64,000 bases of DNA. Source: Leucoraja ocellata (Eukaryota). Positions 48,590 through 60,798 of the stretch are shown in pieces; the stretch's first letter is position 1, and each line of letters begins with the position of its first letter. The stretch spans positions 620,001 to 684,000 of the forward strand of contig JAWMAR010000328.1 of NCBI GenBank assembly GCA_036785375.1, in the 5' to 3' direction. Below the pieces are notes generated by a model. That model had not been told where the DNA came from and did no database searches. It was given only the letters and a program-made list of their open reading frames with translations. The position numbers were made by a program, and so were the translations under genes.

Positions 48590-50680
48590 ATAAACAGACA
48601 GGAAGAGGTTAAGGAATACGGTGAAACTGATGGGCTGAAGTGTATTTATTTCAATGCGAGGAGCATCATGGGTACAGCAGTTGAACTTAAAGAACCTGAA
48701 TCAGTGCTTGGGAATGTGATGTTGTGGCCAGATGTGTACAGAGATGGTTGCGAGAAGGACAGAACTGGTATCTCAACATTCCAGGGTTTCAAGGCAATAG
48801 AGAGAGAGGAGAAAAAAGTTGTTTAATAATTAAGAAGAATCACTCAGAGCGGACATACTGGAGGGTTCATCCACTGAGGCGATATGGGAAGAGAAGATGC
48901 AACCACTCTAATGGAATTATACTATCGGCCCCACCATAGCCAGAGGAAATAGAGGAACAGAAATGTAGAGATTGTGGAAAGATGCAAAAACAACCGGGTT
49001 GTCACAGTGGGGGACATTAATTTCCTCAATATTGATTCAGACTAATGTAGTGCGGCAGATTTTGTAAGGTGCACTTGGTATTAGACCACAAGCCTGTCCG
49101 GGTGACTGTTTCAGTGAAAGAGCATGTTGAGAACAGTGGTCACAAGTTTTAAGATTGTTTTGAATGCGGTTAATTCTGGACCTTAGGGAAGGCACAACAG
49201 TGCCCTCCATAATGTTTGGAACAAAGACCCATCATTTATTTATTTGCCTCTGCACTCCACAATTTGAGGTTTGTAATAGAAAGAAAATCACATGTGGTTA
49301 ATTTGCACATTGTCAGATTTTATTAAAAGGGCATTTTTATACATTTTGGTTTCACCGTGTAGAAATTACAGCTGTGTTTATACATAGTCCCCCCATTTCA
49401 TGACACCATAACGTTTGGGACACATGGCTTCACCAGCGTTTATTATTGGTCAGGTGTTTAATTGCCTTCTTAATGCAGGTATAAGAGAGCTCGCAGCCCC
49501 AATCCATCATTCCTATGCACTCTCTGGACATCAGCTAGAGGCAGTTTCTAGTCATAAATACTTAGGAGTTACTTTGTCTGAAAACATGAAATGGAACAAG
49601 CATGTGGAAAGGGCAACAGCCAAAGCCAGCAGTGTCATCGGCTACAATCTGCAAAACGCACCCAAAGAAGTTAAGATCCAAGCATATACAAGGGTATGTC
49701 CACATGTTGAATATTACTGCTCTGTGTGGGATCCTTTCACAAGCAGTCATTGCATGCAAAGGATATGCAACAAAATACTAAACATTGCTGTCCCAAACAT
49801 TATGGTGCCCTGAAATGGGGGGACTATGTATAAACACTGCTGTAATTTCTACATGGTGAAACCAAAATGTATAAAAATGGCCTTTATTAAAATCTGACAA
49901 TGTGCGCTTTAAACCACATGATTTTTTTTCTATTACAAATCTCAAATTGTGGAGTACAGAGGCAAATAAATAAATGATGGGTCTTTGTCCCAAACATTAT
50001 GGAGGGCACTGTGAATTGGAGCAAGGCAGGTAAATTATACAGGAGCTAAGAAGAGTGAATTGGGAACAGTTGTTATTGGGTAAGTCCTCATTTGCCAGTT
50101 GTTTAAAGGCCAGTTGACCAAAGTACAGAGATTGGCTTATTCCAATAAGGAGAAGGGATAAGGATGGCAAGGCAAGGGAATGTTGGATGACCAGAGGTGA
50201 TAAATTTGGCCAAAAAGAAAAAGGAAATGTATGTAAGGTTCAGGAAGATGAAATCAGAAATCGCCTTTGAGGAATATAGAGCGAGGAGGAAAGAATTCAA
50301 GCAGGCGATTGGAAGGTGTAAAAGTGCCATGAAATGTCATCGGCGAGTCAGATTAAAGAAAATCCCAAGGATTTTTATGCCTATATTGAAATCAGGGAGA
50401 AGGTATGATCACTCAAGGATAAAGGAGGGAAATTGTGCTTGGAGTCTGGAGATAAGGCAAGACACTGAACAAGTACTTTGCATTTGTATTCACCAAGAAG
50501 GACATGGAGGTCTGTGAGATCAGTGTGGAGAATAATAATATACAACGCAGCTTGAGATGAAGGTGGTGGGGTTTTGGGGGCTCCTGAACAGCATTAAGGT
50601 GGATAAATCACCAGGGCCTGATGGGATCTATCCCAGGTTATTAAGGGAGGTGAGAGGGAAGATTGTAGGACCCTTGATGA
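48590..50680 (+). mobile_element. Degraded CR1 ORF2 (endonuclease to RT start), interrupted by a Tc1-like element
   Basis: GLKCIYFNARSI (48587 ORF); ggggacattaatttcc; IKVDKSPGPDGIYPRLLRE (50557 ORF). Confidence 0.8.
49198..50011. mobile_element. Non-autonomous Tc1/mariner-like element with ~220-bp TIRs, carrying a LINE RT fragment
   Basis: cagtgccctccataatgtttgg...ccaaacattatggagggcactg; TA TSD is not intact; internal translation KYLGVTLSENMKWNKHV...VEYYCSVWDP. Confidence 0.8.
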
Positions 50681-51332
50681 AGCCCTGTTCCTGCGCTGTT
50701 CTGTTCTCTGTTCCATCTCTAAAACTACAAAAGTTAAATCAATAAAGTACTTAAAATAATCATGCTTCTTATAGATTGTGTAAAATTTGTAATATACCAA
50801 TAGCAAAAGAGCACACTGTCTTTTCACTTAGGGCGGTTGTGTAATTTTCAAACCCTGGAATTACATCCCTCAACTTCACATGGAGCCCTCAAGTCTAATC
50901 TTATTCTTCATTATGGTGTATCGTTGGTACAGAAGATCACATTATAGAAATACATTAAGGTCTTGGCAAGATGATCAATAAGTAATTTTCATGTGTAGAT
51001 TCAAGGCTGAACAAACTGAACTCCTCAATTAACATTGAACTCGGTTCATTTCAAGAAATATTATTATTCAAATCTTTAAGCAATTTTTCTATCACCATTG
51101 TTATCCAATAACAGAAAACTTGTAAATAAAAAAGTTGCTAAAATTATCATTCATATTTGTACTCAAGAAAAAATTACGGGATTTTAAACATTAATATAAA
51201 AGCTGCAATATAAAATATCTGGAAACATTACATGCAACGGTGAGTTATACATAAACATTCAAGTAGAAGTATACTCATATTTAACAAAAAGCTGAAACAA
51301 AATTCCATATTCAAAAATCTGATCAGACATAC

Positions 51333-51417
51333 CTTTTGAATTTCTGTAATTTCTTTTAGTTTTATTATCTTATTTTTCTTGGATGACCCAGACCTGGAGC
51401 TTTCAAAGCATAAATAA
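51333..51417 (-). CDS. GRAMD4: GRAMD4 coding exon (GRAM domain)
   Basis: ttttctccag|T TAT TTA TGC...CAA AAG|gtatgt; 85 nt; YLCFESSRSGSSKKNKIIKLKEITEIQK. Confidence 0.95.
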
Positions 51418-51744
51418 CTGGAGAAAAAGAAACAACCCATACAGTTTTAATAAGGAAACTAATATGATGAAGAAAATGACAAACTTCATTGGTGATTTTG
51501 CATAACCATGGCTTTCACACCTGGTTTATTCTGCATTCAACAACCAACACATCAAATATGTACTTGATGACAAATAAAACAGAAAAGTACATAGGAAGAA
51601 TCTGTCAATCACAAAAGTGAAACTTTAAGATATGATTTTACATTCATGTAGTTTATTTTTAAATTAAAATAAATGATTCAGAATCACAGAAGGTAACGAG
51701 ACAGTAGGCGAGTCAGACTATCAAATCATTCTGCGAGCGCACGC

Positions 51745-52053
51745 CGGGGGCTCTAACACCAAGACCCGGTGTGTGACCTTGCATCACCCGGCGTGGCTTT
51801 AATGGCCGCGGGACAATCGCCATCGCCAGCCGGGGGCTTTGACTTTGACTCTGACATGGGGGGGGGGGGGGGAGAGTGCAGTGGAGAGATAAGTTTATTT
51901 GGCCTTCCATCACAGCGATGTGATGGATGTTTATGTAAATTATGTTGTGTCTTGGGTCTATGTGTTTGTAATGTATGGCTGCAGAAACGGCATTTCGTTT
52001 GGACCTCAAGGGGTCCAATGACAATTAAATGTATCTTGTAACTTGTATCTTGT
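51745..52053 (+). mobile_element. 3' part of GC-rich non-autonomous retroelement (same family as 3737-4543)
   Basis: ccttgcatcacccggcgtggc...ggccttccatcacagcg...(tatcttg)n tail. Confidence 0.7.
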
Positions 52054-52105
52054 ATATGAAGAAAGATTCCAACTATGGATGTGTTTTCCCCTTCATGCCC
52101 ATGGA

Positions 52106-52540
52106 CTAGAGGGAAGCCTGGTCGCCCAACGCAAACCGTTCCCCTTTATCCAACACAACTCGTTCCCCCAACGCAGTATTCCAGCAATCACCCATAGCCA
52201 ACAACTGCGCAGGGGCTGCTCATTTCGCCTTATTCAGCCTCCCTCATTTTTAAACTTAAAAAAAATGCATTTGCACTTGCTAGCTAGCAGAACTCAGGGA
52301 ATAAGCGAAAGACAGTTGTTTCCCACCCCCCCCCCCCCCAACTTTTAGAGATCTTTGAAAGTTTTCATAAATAAATGCATGAAATTTTGAGATAATGCGA
52401 TTTTTGACTTCACGACATAAATCTCTATCGGAATATGTAAAAATGTCACCATTAGCGTGTCGTATTTTCGAGGAGATGTGAAACGCACACGAACTTCACA
52501 AATAAATACACATCCAATATAATTAAATAAGGATAGAAGA
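52106..52540 (-). mobile_element. Possible non-autonomous Helitron-like element
   Basis: Minus strand starts A|TCttctatcc and ends cttccctCTAG|T; no TSD; the expected 3' hairpin is weak. Confidence 0.4.
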
Positions 52541-52985
52541 TGCTATTTTTAGATTTCGTGCTGAACAATGGAATAATGCTTTGATTTCTTTTGTATATCC
52601 TTCATTCGCATTGACAAGCAGATTGTTGATAGGCAACAGAAAACGGTTCCAAAATCTTTTTTTCTTTTTTATTGGTTTTGGGTTTTCATAGCCTCACCAA
52701 AGCTTCTAAAATGTAAATAGCATCAACTTCCCGAAGGATTCCAGACGGGCCGTGCGGCCAGAAGTCTTTCCGACGGGCCGCGGCTGTGGACTGGGAGCAT
52801 GTGCGGAGGCTTTTATCGTGGCGTTGTGGTCTTTTCAAACCTACTTGTCTTATTGTAATAAAATATTAAATGTTTTGTAATTGTGGTCAAATATTAAATT
52901 GCATTAATATTGAACAGTTCCTCTTTTGTCATATTACCTCTTGCACAAAAAATAGTCTAGACAGAATATTTTTAATATCACCTAC

Positions 52986-53079
52986 TTTTCCGTTACATAG
53001 AGAAAACCATGCCGAATATAGTCAGTGGGTATCTTCTTGTCCCTGTTAATTAGACAGCAGCGCCACCCATTTTCACATA
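52986..53079 (-). CDS. GRAMD4: GRAMD4 coding exon (GRAM domain)
   Basis: cttttacag|TA TGT GAA...GAA AA|gtaggt; 94 nt; VCENGWRCCLINRDKKIPTDYIRHGFLYVTE(N). Confidence 0.95.
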
Positions 53080-53807
53080 CTGTAAAAGAGCATATTTTTA
53101 ATTATGAATTTCCAATTTGGTGACATGTTACATACAGTCTGCCAACAATAACATTTTCCAAATTTTTTTTATATTTGAATAACATTTTCCAAAGTCTTTC
53201 TTTGTATTTGAACGAAGAAATTCATGGACAAAACTCATGTCATACACGGTGAGCAAATGTTTACCTCTAATAAAAACAAGTATTCTCAAAAGCTTTTCCA
53301 GCTTCCCTCCACTACTACAATCACTGAAGTAGGATCCCAACTTAACCTTTCCATGTCCCCCAGAGATACTGCCTGACCTGTTGACTCCAGCACTTTGTGC
53401 TCTTCATAAGATTTCAGCATCTGCAGTTTCTTGCGCTTTTCTTAAAAACGAATGACTTTTCAAATTAGATGCATGGAAACATGGCAATGTTCATGCCTTT
53501 CTACCGCATGAATCTGTTCTGCCCTTCAAACAGGTCATGGTTGGTCTGTATTGTTACAATTGAATCCCCGCAATTTATAGCCAAGCAATAAATTGACCAA
53601 CTGACCTGGATTTAAAAGCCCACAACTTTTGTTCTACCCCTCAAGATATGCTATTGTAGTTATTGTTTCACACAATTAGGTATTCAAAATAAAATCTGCA
53701 TTCCAACCAAACATATATACATCACAATGCTTTACTTTTGACATACCCAGAAATGTATTTTAAATGAATCACTGCCTTCAATAGATGGCGAACGTTGTTG
53801 TACCTAC

Positions 53808-53952
53808 CGGGTAAAGGACGCTCATTCTCTGCCAAGCTGAAAATCTCACTGAAGCTGTTTTTTTTGCTGTGTGACCGTGCACCATCATCCTCCCGACTAT
53901 AAACAGACATGGCATTGGCAGTTACATTGGACCTTGACACAACCGTAGGAAT
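53808..53952 (-). CDS. GRAMD4: GRAMD4 coding exon (linker and start of GRAM domain)
   Basis: ttttcacag|ATT CCT...TTA CCC G|gtaggt; 145 nt; IPTVVSRSNVTANAMSVYSREDDGARSHSKKNSFSEIFSLAENERPLP (compare recalled GRAMD4 FHEIFNLTENERPL). Confidence 0.92.
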
Positions 53953-54700
53953 CTGTGAAAACATCACAATTAGCTGGTAGGTATGCGTACAAAACGTACA
54001 TAAAATCACATGCCTCTAATTGGCAAGTAAATTAGTAATGGACATCCTTCCATTGCAAAGATACCTACAAACTTTCAGAGAAGTAAAGAAACTGTTGGGA
54101 GAAATCTTGCAGGGTTGGCATTAGTGGTTATCATTGAGAACACTGGCTTTCAGCAGTTGAAACATCAGAGTGTCTTGGACTTCGATGCAGGCACTGCATG
54201 GAGGTCACCATTCTTGGGCAGATGCTTGCTATTTCTGACACTACACACCAACACAGAGATTCCTCACTATGGTACTGGCAAACTGTCTCTATGATCCAAT
54301 GGCTAGTCAAATCCAGAGTAAAAATCAGACTGCTGAAGAGCAGGCCAGGCAACATCTATGCAGGAAAATGGACAGATGTTGTTTCAGGTCAGGACCCTTC
54401 TTTGGACTGATGGGAAAGGAGATAGCTGATAGAAAGAGGCAAGTCAAATTCCAATAATTTCAATGGGATTCTTGGCCTGGACATTAGTAGACAAAGTAGA
54501 AAGTTAGACAGTTTTTCTTTTTAAAATGATTTTAACAAATTAGGCTTTCCATTGGCAGCTTTTCATCATTCTCAATTCAAAATGTCTTTAATTTTAATAC
54601 GTTTTACATCCCTTCAACTGCCAGGGATATTCAAATACACTTTATTCTGGAGTTAGGGCTGTGCACAGTGCTGCCTGAGGCCTGGTCACTGCCCAACTGT

Positions 54701-55405
54701 AAAATGGCGGCGCTTTGCGGCAGCGGCCCCTGCAGTCCGTCTATACTTTTTTTTTGTCTCGTTTAATGTGTTTTTATATTGTTTTAATATTTTATATTTT
54801 TTTTACTGTATATGTGGGGGGCGGTGGGGTGGGGGAAACTTTTAAATCTCTTCCCTGCACGGGAGACCCGACCTTTAATTGTCGTTGGGGCCTAGCACCG
54901 TGGAGCAGCCTCCAGCCGGAACAACCTGGGGGCTCCAGTCGCGGAGCCTGCGGACTTACCATCGCGGGGCTGGCTGGCCTCGGAGCGTGGGGAGCTGTGG
55001 TGGCGAACGGCTGCAACCGGACTTCGGTGCTTCGGAGGCTCCAGTTGCAGGCCTGTGGACGGTGACATTGGGAGCTCGCGGGTCCCTGGTGGGAGACCGC
55101 TTTTCGGAGCTCCCGTGGCGCCAGCTTCTCCCGTCCGAGTTGCGGGGCTGAAGGCGACCCGGGGGCAGGGCCTGACATCGCCCGGCGTGGACTTAACGGC
55201 CACGGACTTGCCATCGCCCGCCGGGGGCTTTAACATCGGGAGAGGATGGAGAGCAGGGGAGAGACAAGACTTTGCCTTCCATCACAGTGAGGAGGAGATT
55301 CACTATAATGGATGTCTGTGTGAATTGAGTTGTAAAATTGGATCTTTTTGTTGTATGGCTGCAGAAACCAAAATTCCTAATGGAAAAATAAAGTTCATTT
55401 GAACT
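54701..55405 (+). mobile_element. Apparently complete GC-rich non-autonomous retroelement
   Basis: Starts aaaatggcggcg (YY1-like); body ggggcctagcaccgtggagc.gcctccagc homologous to 4250-4330(-); gccttccatcacagtgagg; aataaagttc tail. Confidence 0.7.
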
Positions 55406-56704
55406 CCAAGATGCAGAGAACAAGTGACTGAGCCTCTTCCAGACTGGGACTGACATAATGACTTCATGCTTCAGAGTGGATCCGGCAACATCTGGCTCCT
55501 TACATTTACTTTACTGCACTTAATTGGTGGAAAGAAGACATTGCAAAATAACAAGATTCACAGTCACTTTAAATTAGATTATTTCTATTATTTTACTCCG
55601 TGCCTCTCAAAATCCCTTGAACCTTTTACCATCTGCTTCATCATGCTAGCAGGACATTAAAGTTTCAGGATATTATCATGTTTACTCTAAAGGCCAGAAA
55701 ATAATTGTTAGCATCGTATAACTAATTCTGTTTTCACTGCTTTTCCAAAACTGTTAAGATTATATTCTAACATTGCATTCACAAGATATGGACAAGGAAC
55801 TGAATTACTTCTTAGGCTTCATTAATCCAGGAAAATTCACTGGAGTGAATTACTAACAGATTAAATAAATTTCCCCCAAACAACATTAATTGCTCGGGAT
55901 AATTTCAGTATTTGTTACAGATTCTGCTATTATATAACATTTTACACACCGGAAAAAACAGCTTAAACAATTTGCACAATGAGAATTTGTACAATAAACT
56001 CTCTTGACTTGACTTAATGAGCTCTGCTTGATTGATTAATTCCAAGTCTAAATTTCAACCAGAACATTAAAACAAAAATATGGAATTCCACCTACCAGCA
56101 TACAATAACTGAAAGTTGTATTTATTGAAGATATAAAATAAATGGTTTGTTTGGGAGAGGAGTGGCGATCAGTGGGACAGAACAGTCACATCAATGCAAT
56201 ACCAAAAGCATCTAAGGAGATGTGCCACAGGAGGGCGCATTTCACACTTTTTCAGCACCAGAAAAATCAAAATATTTGCTGGTATCACTGAAAAGCAGAA
56301 ATGCATGTTTTGTTTTGGCCTCCGAGCCCAGAAAACAAAATTATATGCATTAAATGAAGAGTTAGATTCCCTCTCTAAAGGTAAACCTTTTTAAACCTTC
56401 TATTTCTCATCTGCATTTACAGAATTACCTCACTGCAGAATAAGACAATTTGAATACTATTTTCAATGTCCATTAGTCACTTTAACTGTGTTATGATATT
56501 CTTCTAATGACTCAGAAATGAAGCTCTTAGCTGAACAGACCAATAAGAGCCAATGTTCTGATTTGTGGCTTATTATCCAATTGTGAATTAATCACCGTTT
56601 TGTCCACTTAAAAGTTTTCACACATAATAAACACTATTCTTGTCTCAGATTCCATCCATCTTTCTGACCATCACCTCAGGATGAACCATACTTTCCATAA
56701 CATG

Positions 56705-56972
56705 GGCGTCACCTTCACTCCCAATTTGGACCGCCGTGAGGGAGGTGGGGTGGGGCGGGGCGGAGAACAATGGACAATGGGGGGGGGGGAGAGAACAAAG
56801 GTCAATGGGGACCCAGCGCTGGGAACTACGGTGGGGGGTGGGGAAAGAGAACAAAAGGGAGAGCTGGTGTGCTTTGTAACTTTGCCAGCGCTGTCGGTGG
56901 CTGCTATTTGTATACATTGTGCCTGCAAGCAAAGAATCTCACTGTGCCTAGTCACATGAGAAAACAAAGTAT
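56705..56972 (+). mobile_element. G-rich short retroelement with Rex1-like tail
   Basis: Tail caagcaaagaatctcactgtgcctagtcacatg; a related tail lies at 41080-41150(-). Confidence 0.45.
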
Positions 56973-57479
56973 CCCCACTCCCATTTTGAGTTTCAACTCT
57001 CTACAATCAACATTACAATCACTGGAGCATTGTTAATCTCTCCCTGTGGTTCTACTTTCCAAAGCCCACATCCATGCCTATCTGCTCTAGACACAAATAA
57101 TTGATTACTCACCAGAAAAGCTACACATCCATCACTCTTCGTAACCTGCAGCTCATCTAAAACTCTGTTGTTCAAACTCCATTGACCTACATTTGTCCCT
57201 AGTTCCCCAACACCTGCTATTTCTTAACCTGATGTTCAAGTGCCCTGATGGCCCCTTCGCTTTTCCTGCAAACTTCCCCAGTTCTGAAAACCTCAGAACT
57301 CTACATTCCTCGAGCTCTCTGCTTATTAACTTGCCAAAAGTCCATCACCCTCCAATTATCCTGAACTGTCGAGGATTGTGTCTCTTTCTTGCCAACTGTT
57401 TTACAGATGGATCAAGGTAAAAAAAAATATATATATCATATTTAGTTAATTTGCAAATGTCCTTATTTCTGCAAAGAGC

Positions 57480-59230
57480 CATGAAATCATGTTGCAGCTT
57501 AACAAAACCATGGTTAGACCGCTTTTTAAGTATTGTATACAGTTCTGGTCACCTAATTACAGGACGTATGTGCAGGCCTTGGAGAGGGTGCAGAAGAGGT
57601 TTACCAGGATGTTGCCTGCATTAGAGCATATTATCTATAAGGAGAGGTTGGACAAACATTTTCCATGTCCGTCAGAGGTTGAGGGGAGACGAGAGAAGTT
57701 CATGAAAGTATGAGAGGCATAGACAAAATAGATAGTCAGATTATATTTCCCAGGTGGAAATGTGAAAGACTAATCAGCTTAGCTTTAAGGTCAGAAGGGA
57801 TAAGCTTAAAAGAGATGTGCATGGCCATTTGTTTTCTAAAGGAGATTAGCAGATGCCTGGAATACAGTGCCAGGGGTGGTGGGGAAACAGACACGATAGT
57901 GGCATTAAAGAAGTTTTTCGATAGGCTGGGTATATACAGGTGCACAACCTTTTATCCGGTGTTCCAGAAACCGAAAAGCTCCGAAAACCGGCCATTTTTT
58001 CCAGATGTCGTCTGCGCACCAAAGCTCGCGTTTGGCGCCAAACCTGACCCAAAACGACCCACGGTCAACCCAGGTCTGTACTACTGTAGCGGCTGCCTCC
58101 TCCCTGGAGACCGGGAGACGCTTAAACATCTGTAAATCATTGCTTAAATGTTAGTCAGTTAGTTTGGAGGGCTTTTATGTGAAGGGGGGTGAAGGGGTAA
58201 ACTTTAATTCTTAGTCCCCTACCTGGTCGGAGAGGCGGGGAGCGGTCAATGCCTTACCGGGTCGCTGTGCAGTAAGCTCCGCAGCGCTGTGGCCGGTGGG
58301 GCCGCGGGCGGCGCAGGTTGTAGCTCCAACCCCGGCAACTCTACCCCTGGCTGCGAGGCGCTCCAAATCCAGCGCGGCCCGCGGCCGGACGCCCCAGCTC
58401 CGCGAATGTCGGGAGTCGGCGGCGTCGCAGCGCAATGCCTTACCGGGTCACCGTGCGGCAAGCTCCGGAGCGCTGTGGCCGCCGACACACAACATCGCGG
58501 AGCGTCGCTGGATTTGGAGCCGCGCAGCCAGGGGTAAAGTTGCCGGGGTCGGAGCTACAACCGGCGCCGCCCGCGGCCGGACGGGGCCCCCAGCTCCGCG
58601 GCTCCAAATCCAGCGACGCTCCGCGAATGTTGGAAGAAGGCGGCCACAGCGCTCCGGAGCTTGCCGCACGGCGACCCGGTAAGGCATTGCTCGCTCCCCG
58701 CTGGTATCCCAGCGCTGCGACGTCGCCGACTCCCGACATTCGCGGAGCTGGGACGTCCGGCCGCGGGCCGCGCTGGATTTGGAGCGCCTCGCAGCCAGGG
58801 GTAGAGTTGCCGGGGTCGGAGCTACAACCGGCGCCGCCCGCGGCCGGACGGAGCCCCCAGCTCCGCGAGGTTGGGAGTCGCCGACCAGGTAGGTAGGGGA
58901 CTAAGAATTAAAGTTTCCCCCTTCACCCCTACACCACCACCACCACATAAAATCCCTCCAAACTAACTGACTAACATTTATGCAATGATTCTCCCGGTCT
59001 CCGGGGAGGAGGCAGCTGCTCCAGACTTTTCAAACCGCCCGCGCTACCTACCTAATCTACGCTAAAAATCTTCCATTCTGAAATCCGAAAAAGTCCGAAA
59101 TCCGACAAGTGTCTGGTCCCAAGGCTTTCGGATAAAAGGTTGTGCACCTGTATTTCGGAAATGGAGGGCAGAAGGGATTGTTTAATTTGGCAACATGTTC
59201 AGCACAGGCATGAAGGGGCTGTCTATGTTT
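57480..59230 (+). mobile_element. Degraded CR1 3' region interrupted by a MITE
   Basis: ORF MLQLNKTMVRPLFKYCIQFWSPNYR...ERVQKRFTRMLP; CR1 tail resumes after 59152. Confidence 0.8.
57937..59150. mobile_element. Non-autonomous Tc1/mariner-superfamily (Tigger/pogo-like) element with palindromic GC-rich interior
   Basis: TA|caggtgcacaaccttttatccg ... cggataaaaggttgtgcacctg|TA: perfect 22-bp TIR with TA TSD. Confidence 0.9.
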
Positions 59231-60099
59231 GATGTTCTCAATTTGCATCTGGAGGTTCCCAACGTGTACTGTCATTGCCAGTTCTTCTGTCTGGCAGGAA
59301 AGGGAGGTGCAGAAGATCAATATTGCTAAGTATATCACTGCAAAAACTAGCAAGGGACTATAACAATATATATTGGATTAGGAAATTATAGAAAATTAGT
59401 TGCTTGCTTCAGATTCATATAAATGTAGTTTTTTCAAATTACCTATTAATAAAGCAGGTTATTTCCAAAGATTCTTATTAATCCTCTAGGCACATCGACA
59501 TTTCTATTTTTTTAATTATGTTTCTTATTTGGTTTTTGATCCAAATAAATCATTATGTTTAAAGGACTTTTTCAGCAATTGTATACCTATTTTTTTTTAA
59601 TATATAAAGCTCTGGAAGAAGATGTTGTATCTGAATGTCGAACAAAGAAGCGATATCTCCAGTGTACACATCAGCAGTGGCAACAATTTAGCATTTTTTA
59701 TTTGCCACCACAAAATATTGATATTGTAACAAAATTAAAGGAACATTATTTATTTTAAGCAATGCGTTATATCATTTAATTAATTTAAATGCCTTCACCG
59801 ACCAAATGGTAAATTCTTTAAAGAAATAAACTTAAAAACTAAAATCTCTTCAAAATAACAGAATTTACTTGCTACATTATACTAAGAATTTTGCTTAATA
59901 ATTTTCATAATCACATTTTTAGGAAAATGTTTATGGTTCGATCACTGTGAACAGAAAATTATTAAACAATTTAATAGCACTACAGAAAACAAGACAGTAA
60001 CATGACAACTAGATCACACTTCACTCAAAAAGTAATATCTATTTTATTACAAACAATTGCAAAAATACACATATTTAAAAAAATAGACTTAAACCCTAC

Positions 60100-60117
60100 C
60101 TTTTCAAACCCTGACAG
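60100..60117 (-). CDS. GRAMD4: Candidate 18-nt in-frame alternative microexon of GRAMD4 (LSGFEK)
   Basis: Minus strand ttttgttgtttcttttttctgctag|CTG TCA GGG TTT GAA AAG|gtaggg; phase 0/0 inside a phase-0 intron; no stop codon. Confidence 0.6.
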
Positions 60118-60643
60118 CTAGCAGAAAAAAGAAACAACAAAACATGTAACAGACAACAAATTATATTACACATAATCTAATTGGAGCTAAACTTAAATAA
60201 TTAGATTTTTTTAATTATATGTAACCCAGCTCTGACTCAATCTCTCTCTCACACATAACACACACACATACTAAATTGCAAACATGTTAAGTACACTGAT
60301 CAATGGCTGGAACAACAGATTATATCATTCAATTAAGGAAAATATAATTCGATTTTTATTGCATCGTACTTTATTGATTTTATCAACAGATAGCAAGTAC
60401 AGATTAGAAATTGCTTTGGTGTCATCAGTTCTGCAGAGATTGCAATGAGAGTTGAAAGAAAATTAATAATCAAATTCTACTTCTGCAGTGTTAACAACTA
60501 TATTATCAGTTCAAATCCCAAATATGATCACTCCAGTAACATTAAAAAAAATTCAAATATATTATCAACTGTATTTAGCCATTAACCAGGACTTTGGGTT
60601 AGTTTTTTTTAAAACATTAGATAATTTAATCAAAAGCACCTAC

Positions 60644-60798
60644 CCTTCTTGTGAGAATAGCGTTTGACCTTTCTTTTAGCTGAGGATCCGTAGGTAAATT
60701 CTTCCACACAATATAGGGAGTGTCATATTTTTCTCGAAGCCTTGGACATCGTTTGAAGATAAAGTCAATGAGAAAAAACTTGACTCCTCCATAAAGTC
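60644..60798 (-). CDS. GRAMD4: GRAMD4 coding exon
   Basis: ctccag|GA CTT TAT...AGA AGG|gtaggt; 155 nt; GLYGGVKFFLIDFIFKRCPRLREKYDTPYIVWKNLPTDPQLKERSNAILTRR (inside ORF 60626..60817); phase fits the previous exon. Confidence 0.95.

Noticed and set aside
58211-58896. Multiple long ORFs and a CpG-island-like promoter
   Set aside because: Entirely within a TIR-bounded element; the ORFs mirror each other because of the palindrome.
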